In this document: positions 54,218-64,000 of the stretch, piece after piece
How positions within the stretch are numbered: the first letter of the stretch is position 1
How the letters are laid out: every line of letters begins with the position of its first letter
DNA from: Octopus sinensis
Taxonomy: Eukaryota
Assembly: GCF_006345805.1 (NCBI RefSeq)
Contig: NC_043014.1
Location: 44,330,001-44,394,000, forward strand
Length of the DNA stretch: 64,000 bases
Reading direction: 5' to 3'
Made by a program: the position numbers and the translations under genes
The notes under the pieces: generated by a model
Databases searched by the model: none
Told to the model about the DNA's origin: nothing
What the model saw: the letters and a program-made list of their open reading frames with translations, nothing else

Positions 54218-56405
54218 GGTGGTGGTGGTGATGTTGGTGGTGGTGATGGTGATGATGATGAGGATGATGATGAAATGATGATGATAATGGTAGTGGCAAT
54301 AATGATGGTGGTGGTAGTGGTGGTGGTGATGGTGATGGTGATGGTGGTGGTGGTGGTGGTGGTGACAATGATAATGATGATGATGATGATGATGATGATT
54401 GGCATATGTATGTACGTTATTTGAGGCAAATAACGTAAATACATATGTGGCTGGTACTGTTGATTTTCCAAGAGTCCTCTATACCTGATTAAAAAAACTG
54501 GCTAATTCAGGTAATTTGACACACACACATTTGTTTTTGATAGAGAAATCATTACTAGAGATACCATTTATCATTCCACATTGCCTATTCATTAATAATA
54601 AAGTACTTGTATTGTAGACATAGTTTCAAGTGTTAATACTATCATTTGCATTATCTTTTATTTATGTCCTCATACATAGTCATATATATATATATATTTT
54701 TGAGGAAAATTTTCAAAAATTTTTGGGAAAAATTTTCAAAAGTTTTTGAGGAAAATTTTCAAAAATTTGAGAAAAATTTTCAAAAAGTTTTTCAAAAATT
54801 TTTGGGAAAAAATTTTTCTGAAAATTTTCATCAAGATTTTGGAAAGTTTTTAAAAAATTTTCATCAAAATTTTGGAAAAGTCTTATATGGCCAGATGCTT
54901 TTCCCGTCACCAACCCTCACCCGTTTCCAAGTAAGGTAATATTTCCCTATGTCCAGGCATTTTTTGTTTTTTTCGCAGAAGAGCAGAAACAAACATCGCT
55001 TGTTTGATGGTGATGCTTACTTACAACCAACACACATACACACACATTCACACACATGCACACACACACATATATATCATTATATATAGTAAACAAAAAT
55101 AAAATGAATTTATGGTTCAGAGTATCACTACACATGTTTCAAAAACACGTTTATTCCAAATATGAGTACAATTGCACAACACAATGTAAATTCATATTTT
55201 TATATAATTACCCATTTCATAAGGTGACATTTAGCTGGATATTTCCAGGTGATACCTCATGAAATATTCTGGTAAAATACTACTCAATCCCTTCTGTTTG
55301 TGTGTATGACTTTTTGGCACAACCTGATTCAATGCTGACTTGTTTGACATCAGACATTTTAATATTTTCCCTCCTCCTCACCTCTCCCTTTAACTGGTTA
55401 TACTTGTAAGAATATTTCTCTTTATGTGTATGAGGATGGAGGGGCATGGCTTAGTGGTTAGGGTGTTGAACTCACGATCGTAAGGTTGTGGTTTCGATTC
55501 CTGTACTGGGCGCTGCGTTATGTTCTTGAGCAAAACACTTCATTTTCACGTTGCTCCAGTCCATTCAGCTGGCAAAAATGAGTAACGCTGCGATGGATTG
55601 GCATCCCATCCAGCTGGGGAACACATATGCCATAGAAACCAGGAAACCGGCCCTCTTTATAAGCCTGGCATGGCTCGAGAAGGAACATTATGTGTATGAG
55701 GATAATCAATGAATTATAATGTCACTCTCTCTATAGATCTATAGATGTGTGTGCATGTGTGCATCTGTGTGTGTGTGTGTGTGTGTGTGTGTGCATGTGT
55801 GCGTGTGTGCATGTGTGTTCAGTGCCAAAACATACTTAAGGCGATGAGCTGGCAGAAACGTTAGAACGCTGGGCAAAATGCTTAGCAGTATTTCGTCTAC
55901 CGTTACGTTCTGAGTTCAAATTCTGCCGAGGTCGACTTTGCCTTTCATCCTTTTGGGGGTCGATAAATTAAGTACCAGTTATGCACTGGGGTTGATGTAA
56001 TCGACTTAATCCTTTTGTCTGTTCTTGTTTGTCCCCTCTATGTTTATCCCCTTGTGGGCAATAAAGAAATAAAAAAAAACATACTATAACTAAAATGGCT
56101 GAAAATACATTCGGGCATTCCAATCATCATCATCGAAGCAGCTGCACCCAATCATCTCATTCCACCAAAATATCATACATCATCAAAAGTGAAAAGTATC
56201 CCCCATCAACATGCCCAAGAGTATGACATACAACTGATATCAATAAGTCAGAATATGCTGATACAGTTTAACATGAACACAAAACACAGTTTAGAATATA
56301 ACATTAATGTAAGAGATTAGGGAGAATCTAGAGTCTAATTGTGTTTGAATCATCCATTCTAGTATGTCTGTATTGTTAACATATCCTCCTTGTTGTCTAT
56401 CCCAG

Positions 56406-56822
56406 GCACAAAGACACAATTTCAATGGCCCACAATGTGGTCCGAAGCCTCATGAATCTCGTACAGTTCATTTTGAACCAGAAGTAAAGCGTGCTGGCCA
56501 AGGAATTGTTATACTTCAGGCTGGAACCAACAAATATGCAACACAGAAAGGAATGGTGATGGGTGGTGTCCGCCACATTGCAGACATCCGTTGTGACCAG
56601 TATGATGCAGAAAGCAACAAAGATGTCTGTCTGCAAAGTGGCAGCAACAAATTTGCATCCCAGAAAGGTATGAGCTTCGGAGCAGTTCGTCACGGGAATG
56701 ACATCAAATCAGAAGAGATCACTGATGAAGGAAAACGTACCATCAATCTCCAATATGGCTATACTGCTGGAGCAAACCAATCAGGGATGAGCTTTGGAAA
56801 GAACAGATCTATTGTAGATTAG
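56406..56822 (+). CDS. Terminal exon E: linker + 3 calponin repeats (138 aa)
   Basis: Acceptor tctatcccag|GCA CAA AGA, in frame with ORF 56364-56822. Confidence 0.9.
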   Translation, partial: AQRHNFNGPQCGPKPHESRTVHFEPEVKRAGQGIVILQAGTNKYATQKGMVMGGVRHIADIRCDQYDAESNKDVCLQSGSNKFASQKGMSFGAVRHGNDIKSEEITDEGKRTINLQYGYTAGANQSGMSFGKNRSIVD

Positions 56823-57953
56823 TAACATCACAATCAAACTGTTTACAAGATCCTATTTTTCTTTGCACTTGCTTAACAGCCCTCAGTTCCAAAGCACTGC
56901 TGTAAATCACTGTCAAATTTGATTCTTTTTTCTTTTCGTTATTTTGGGGCTTAATTATTAAATATAATTTTTTTTCACCACTTAAAAGTGAATGTTGTGT
57001 GATAGTTACCATGAAAAAACCTCATATAGGCTTTTGGTGCAAGCAAGCACTCTTGTTTACATTGCCAGTGGGAAATAAACCACCTGCCCTCACTGCCATG
57101 AAGACAACTAGATCACTTGATTTTGGCCTTCCTTGGCCTTGTCAATGGTAGACACCCGACCACTGGAAATATCAGTGACAACTCCGTTAGTATTACACAT
57201 AGAATCACAGTACCTAGTCAGGCACTGGTTTCACAAATAGCCAGTGGGCTTGTTGAGAAAAAATTTATTGGTGACAGAAGCAGTATAAACACAAAAAGGT
57301 AATGTCTATCATCACTTAAAAGTGGATGTTGTGTTAATTTTTAATTAGTTTTTTTTTTATAAGATTGTTAATTCTTCTTATTTGCAACATCCCCTTCACA
57401 ATCTAGCAGAACATATAACTGTTGCAACTTTTTAAGGCTTTAGTGAAGTGAAAGGAAAGCTTGGAGGGAAATTGATTGTCTTTTTCTTGGAATCTCAAAC
57501 AAGTAAATTCAAATCCCAAATTTTCAGCACAGCAGAACTGCTAAAAATTTCACAAATTACTCAAACACTCAGTGTGTAATATCAGAAGATCTTTCAGACT
57601 GTTCCATCATAAAAAAACAACTATTCTGCTCCTTTCGTCCAACATCAGTTCTGCAAAAGCTTATTTATGTTTATATAATTCAAATAGTATTCCTGAACCA
57701 ATGTTTTACAAATATTATTCCGTCAACAGGAATTACAATTCAGAAAATATAATTCAGGCAATTATTTGTGGAGAAGTATTTGGATAAGCATATATGCCAT
57801 TTGCATGTGTTTTACTACAGCAGATATGACATCGTTGGTATCAACCACTTACAGCTTACTTGTATAATAAATAAATATTTTAAATTCAAATGCATTTTGG
57901 AAATTTTCAATCAACAGCCTTGTTTTTCTAGAGTCAGTCACACTTTGTGTGTG

Positions 57954-57988
<35 letters not shown>

Positions 57989-58219
57989 TCCAAAGAGGCA
58001 AGATAATTCCGAACTCATGGCCCTTTTGTGATGCTTCTGGATCAAAATCTTTGAAATCGGTACACAATTATGAAAATGGAAAACCTCTCATTGAAATATT
58101 AAACTCTCTCTCTTCACTTCTCTTGTTGTTGTTGTTGGTGTTCAGCTCCGTCTCAGCTCTGCTAGAGCAAATTTATAATCAAGAGTTCCAGCTAAGAACA
58201 TCCCATCTTTTTAAATAAC

Positions 58220-58750
58220 AGTACACCTAGGTCTACCTAACTGACTATAGTTTTTATTTATTTGGGGATTTTTTACATATGAAGACCTGTTGAGGCAAGT
58301 GAAATCAAAATCGAAATCAAATTCAATGACTGGCATCCATGCTAGTGGAGCGCTAAGAGTACCATACAAGCGTGATCGTCGCCAGAGCAACAAGCTGGCC
58401 TCCATGCTGGTGGCACATAAAAAACAACATTCGAGCATGTCGCCTTACTCGCACTTGTGCTTGTGGCACATGAAAAAACATTTGAGCGAGGTCGTTGCCA
58501 GTGCCGCTGGACTGGCTCCTATGCAGGTGGCACATAAAAGACACCACTTGAGCGTGGCCTGACTGGCCCTCGTGGTGGTGGCACGTAAAAGCACCCACTA
58601 CACTCTCAGAGTGGTTGGCGTTAGGAAGGGCATCCAGCTGTAGAAACTCTGCCAGATCAGATTGGAGTCTGGTGCAGCCATCTGGTTCACCAGACATCAG
58701 TCAAATTGTCCAACCCATGCTAGCATGGAAAACGGACGTTAAACGACGAC
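58220..58750 (+). mobile_element. 5'-truncated RTE 3'UTR copy
   Basis: Reverse-complement match to the 34800-35350 3'UTR (ggaagggcatccagctgtagaaac…acggacgttaaacg). Confidence 0.8.
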
Positions 58751-58914
58751 GGGGGCAGTGCTTTGAAAAATTTTTTGTCAAACGAATTGACCCCAGTACT
58801 TGTTACTTTTTAAGCCTGGTACTTATTCTATCAGTTTCTTTTGCTGAACTGCTGAGTTATGGGGATGTAGACACCAATCCCAGTTGTCAGGTGATGGTAG
58901 GGGACAAACATAGA

Positions 58915-58947
<33 letters not shown>

Positions 58948-59168
58948 ACAGGAGGGGTTGCTGAAAGGTTCCTGGCTTTAAGGCTCTCACAAAAGGCTTG
59001 GTTGGAGGCCCAACCTTCTGAGTTTTTTTTCACAGAGCTTAGAAAAACTGAAGGATCACTGCAATAAGTTTGTGAATCTGAGAGGGGAATATGTTGAATA
59101 AAATCATAATTAACTGACCCTTCTGTATTTTCTCATACCCAAAGCCAGGAACTTTTCAGCACCCCTTC

Positions 59169-59233
<65 letters not shown>

Positions 59234-59421
59234 TTTTTTGCGTGATGAGATAAAAAACCAAGGCTGTATGATATTAGAACATTTATAGATAGAAGGTCTT
59301 ACAGCTGTTTCCAGGATATTTATTTAATTATATACCTTCATCGGAGACGGTGTGAGAGGATGGTTAAGTAATACTTTATTTAGATAGGATATATATAATT
59401 TAGATAGGATATATGTATGTA

Positions 59422-59470
<49 letters not shown>

Positions 59471-60696
59471 ATATATATGTGTGTGTGTTTACAATGGGCT
59501 TCTTTCAGTTTCTGTCAAATGCATCCACTCACAAGGTTTCAGTCAGCCAGAGGCTATAGCAGAAGACACTTGTCCAAGGTGCCATGCAGTGGGATGAACT
59601 CAGAACCATGTAGTTACAAACCAAGCTTCTTACCACACAGCTACGCATGTGCCTGTATCTTTATTTCTCTTACATATTTTCCTTTTGAGATGGAATATCA
59701 TGTGATGCCCAAGAAAACATGCTTGCAGCAAAAAGATGATTTTCAAAGCCCCACTGATTTATACTCCAGCATCTGAAATGAGTTCAGGAGCCAGCTATTT
59801 TTGTTTAATAGCTATAACTTGTGTAGTTTAGTGTGCTTTGCTTTTTACACTTTTCTGTCTATCTTTCGGCATGTATATTTTGTTAATTATTAATTTCATG
59901 TATCCATACAATATTTTCCCACCATATATAGGCACAGGAAATGGCTGTGTGGTTAAGAAGTTCATTATTTTGCAGTCACATGGCTTTGGGTTCAGTCCCA
60001 CTGTGTAATGCCTTGGGCAAGTGACTTCCACTGTAGCCCTGCACCAACCAATGCCTTTGAGCTCAGCAAACAGAAATTGTGTGGAAGCCCATCATATATA
60101 TATATATATATATATATACATACATACATACATACATATATATATATACACACACACACATATATATATACATATACGTGTATGTGTGTGAGTGTGTGAG
60201 TGTGTGTACATCTTTGTATATGTGTTTTACATACACACTACTACTACTACTACTATTACTACTACTTGATATGGTGTTGGTTTGTTTACATCCCTGTAAC
60301 TACAATAGAATAAGTACCAGACCTAAAAGAAAAACACAAGTTGGGGTTGATTTGTTCAAGTAAAACTCTTCAGGGCAGTGCTACAGCATGGCCACAGTTC
60401 AATGATTACTACAATTAAAAGATATATATGTATATATGTACTAGTCTGAAGTTGTTTCAGGAAGTCTATTTCTGCATATATCCACAATGTCACACTTCTA
60501 TTACACCTGAAGACAAAAAAAAAATATATCCTGATGAAAACATTGAGTGGACAGAAATACAAATTTTTAGATTAATAACCAGGTAACATATATGGAAAAA
60601 TAAGAATTCATTCAGAATTGTGTGAGAATTTGCTTGAAGGACCAGACAGCACCAAAATGGATTATGCAGGTGTTTTCACTTATTGCTAGATTGATT

Positions 60697-61017
60697 TTAC
60701 CTTTCAAACGGCACAGCTCCCATGACTTTCGGAAATGTTTTTTCACGCTAAAAGTTGCTGAAGCATGGAACAAACTGCCAGCATCAGTTGTTAGTTGTCG
60801 GAGCACTGCATCCTTCAAAACTTCCATGCTTCCTGAGATTCGCCAACACTACACCTGATTTCCTCCCCTCCATACACACGCAAGCATGTATCTGACTCAT
60901 ATACTGTTCGCTTTCCAGACATTTGTACATTACTGCATATGCTTTATACACACTTTTGACAAGTTGTGGTGCATCTGAGCACTGTATACAATAATTTCAT
61001 TATTATTATTATTATTA
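60697..61017 (+). mobile_element. CR1/L2-type LINE 3' fragment
   Basis: RKCFFTLKVAEAWNKLPASVVSCRSTASFK resembles the conserved CR1/L2 RT C-terminus; followed by a 3'UTR and an (ATT)n tail. Confidence 0.75.
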
Positions 61018-61751
61018 AACTTCTGAAGTTCATAAAATAAATAGCTATCATAGTCTGCATTCATTATACTTGGTAACTCCTGAAACTAGTAAAAAGATAA
61101 AATGTTTGAAATCTGTAAAATCTCTCTGCAATAATTCATCTAAAAATATAGACATCAAAACTAAAATTGCTTATTTAAATTTTCTATTTATAATGAAATA
61201 AAATGATTATCACTGTCGTAAAATTAATGTCATACATTTCCAATATCTGCAAGAATTGTCTGGTCATTGGGAAATATTACCTTGCTTGAAAACAGATGAA
61301 GGACATCCAGCCATAGAAAATCTGCCTCAGTTGATTACATCTGACCCATGCAAGCATGGAAAAGTAGACATCAAAATAATGTTGGTGATGATTTAGCATT
61401 TAATGGCTTATATCTTTAGCTGAAATATATCTATTTTGATAGCAATGACAAGACTTGTAAAACTTGTAAAAATAATTAAAAATTTCACATACTTTAGCTG
61501 TGTTGCCATTTTCAAACAACAGAATTTAGGAAAATAAAAATAAGAAATAAGTGGAAATTTTACCGGTGAGTGTGTTACATTAACACACAAAGAAAATGAC
61601 TCTCCCCAGACACAACAAAACAACTGAATATTATACTTTATATCAAAAGTTAAAAGAATCACCCTTCAAAATACCCAGCAGTAAACTAGTCAAATAACAG
61701 ACACAATACAATATGACTATAAAAAACATCTCAGTTCAGATATGATATTAA

Positions 61752-61972
61752 CCCTTTCGTTACCAACCCGGTTGAAACCGGCTCTGGCTCTTTAGTATAA
61801 ATATTTTGTTTTCATAAGTTTTGAATTTAAATCTTCCACCAAATCTTAATCACAATTTATGTTCCAAACACTAGCGCAATGATAACGATGTTATTTTACT
61901 AAATTCTTTGTTATACTTAAAATAATTGGAAGAAACACAGAGCATCTCAAAATAAATACGGTAACGAAAGGG
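61752..61972. mobile_element. piggyBac-like MITE
   Basis: Perfect 13-bp TIRs ccctttcgttacc/ggtaacgaaaggg, flanked by TTAA on both sides. Confidence 0.85.
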
Positions 61973-62093
61973 TTAATGTAGAATGTTAGGAGGAACCTAA
62001 AGTTACATTCTGCTTATCAATGTTGAATCATCAATTTCTAATGAACACTTTATATTTGTTGTGTTAACATATCCTCCTTGTTGTCTATCCCAG

Positions 62094-62396
62094 GCGCAAA
62101 GGCACAATTTCAACGGCCCACAATGTGGTCCGAAGCCTCATGAATCTCGTGAACTTAATTTCGATCCTGAAGTAATGCGTGCTGGTGAAGGAATCATTGG
62201 ACTTCAGGCAGGAAGCAACAAATTTGCAACACAGAAAGGAATGGTGATGGGTGGTGTCCGCCACGTAAATGACATCAAATCTGAAGAAGTCTCAGAAAAA
62301 GGCAAGTACACCATCAATCTCCAGTATGGCTTCAACCACGGAGCAAACCAAGCAGGAATGAACTTTGGAAAGAAAAGATCCATTGTAGACATATAA
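62094..62396 (+). CDS. Terminal exon F: linker + 2 calponin repeats (100 aa)
   Basis: Acceptor tctatcccag|GCG CAA AGG, in frame with ORF 62061-62396. Confidence 0.9.
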   Translation, partial: AQRHNFNGPQCGPKPHESRELNFDPEVMRAGEGIIGLQAGSNKFATQKGMVMGGVRHVNDIKSEEVSEKGKYTINLQYGFNHGANQAGMNFGKKRSIVDI

Positions 62397-63610
62397 TTTC
62401 ACACCTGCAAAGGTGTAATTAAATTGTTTAAAAGGTTGTACTTTTCTTTGCAGCTAATAATTCCACTTCATTGCTTTACAACCTTCGATTTCAAAGCACA
62501 CGGTTCTGTTATACTTCACTATCACAGCTTGCTTCTTTTTGCCTTAATTACTAATTGTAATCAGTTTCGGTAAGGTTGTTGATTCAACGACAAATGATAG
62601 GACAGAAAATTATTTTCACTTCTCAAGATGTTAGTGGAGTAAAAAAAAAAAAAAAATTGGATGTTATTTCTTGAGTCCTGTAATGGACTGACATCTTACT
62701 CAGAGGGAATGTTGAGATCTCAGTCACTTATATGCTATGGAAACTAGGAACCTGGTTCCGTGAGTCTTAGGACTCAAGGCAGTAATGTCCAGTGGGTCGA
62801 TGACGATGATGATGATGTTATTTCTTGGAATATCACACAAGTAATTTCAAGGACCCAAATTCAAAAATGCTGCAGTTTTAATAACAGCATTAATTACGAA
62901 TCCAGTAAAGTGATCCAAGTTTGATGTTTATCAGTGCAGTATATAAATATAATCAAAGCAGATAATGTAATTATCTTAATTAATCATAACCACAAACAAA
63001 GATCATATCCTTAAATGAAGCTTAAATATATTATTATTATTTTCATGATGAGGAAAAGTCCAGTTTGATGAGTAAAGAAGAACTGAGTAAAATAACAGGA
63101 TGGTCTAAGAGCTTTATGCTTAATCCAGAACAGAAAAGGATTTGAACTAAGAGAGTGTACCCCAAAAACTTTATATGAGTTAAGACATCTAACTGAGAAA
63201 TCTACCAAAGGTACTACAATGCAATCATATCTGTATTTAAATACAGCAGATGTTCTTTTTCAAAGTATTCCAGAATCTTGTTTGGAAGATGTATTTCATA
63301 TAAGTTATCATCTGGACTCAAACTTGCTAACTTAGCAATAACAAATAATGAAGCTTGCAAATGATCCCCCAAAAAAGAACAAGATTATGCAAACCTCACT
63401 GTGGAATATAGAAAAAAAAGGAAGTCCTTCAAGCTGTTTCGACACAAACACAACAGTACTGCACCCTTAGTTCAACATCTAGTCAACATCAAAAGCTGAT
63501 ATGTTTAAACATTTCAAATAATATTCCAAAACCGATATTCATTGAGCTGTATTGTATTAGTATACAGAATTTTCAATGGTAGAATTGGTACAACATCAAG
63601 CAAAACACTT

Positions 63611-63653
<43 letters not shown>

Positions 63654-63805
63654 ATTTATATTAAGGGGCATTTATGTATAGTTACGCCCTTAATATAAAT
63701 AAATATATTTAAAGGGAATAATCAATAAATTTTTCCCTTATGTGGTTTTTCACACTAACTACTTGATAAATCTTATAAAGATTTTATCCTATTTTAAAAT
63801 TATAT

Positions 63806-63839
<34 letters not shown>

Positions 63840-63958
63840 TATATAATTAGGGCTTAGTAAAATAAATTACTTTGCCACATACTGAACTTAGTAGAAATAG
63901 CAGCCAAGAAAATTTTTTTAGCCATTTCTACTACTTAAAGAAAATTTCTCTCAGATAA

Positions 63959-64000
63959 TGTTTACTCCAGACAGCTCACGTGAGCTGTCTGGAGTAAACA
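63959..64000. repeat. 42-bp perfect palindrome running to the window edge
   Basis: tgtttactccagacagctcac|gtgagctgtctggagtaaaca; all 21 pairs checked. Confidence 0.95.

Noticed and set aside
54087-54471. Poly-His/Pro/Ser ORFs on the minus strand
   Set aside because: Compound (GAT)/(GGT) microsatellite.

Overview
AT-rich, microsatellite- and SINE-dense animal DNA, very probably an Octopus genome (inferred from the SINE families and repeat landscape). Almost the whole window is one + strand calponin-family gene. Three constitutive exons (4669-4799, 7666-7768, 9631-9768) encode a calponin-homology (CH) domain ending in a phase-0 donor. Six homologous phase-0 terminal exons follow at 15461, 47131, 50466, 51949, 56406 and 62094. 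Each starts AG|AQR, has its own stop and 3'UTR, and encodes 7, 4, 6, 5, 3 or 2 calponin repeats, so every integer from 2 to 7 appears once. The main candidate system is an alternative-last-exon array that sets actin-binding repeat number in ~39-aa steps. The 7-repeat exon has a 1-nt frameshift as given, and the start-codon exon was not securely found. The introns hold an intact antisense RTE LINE, a decayed Tc1/mariner element, a non-autonomous Helitron, MITEs, many SINEs, a ~600-bp near-perfect palindrome and other inverted repeats. Exon use is inferred from sequence only; no transcript data were available.
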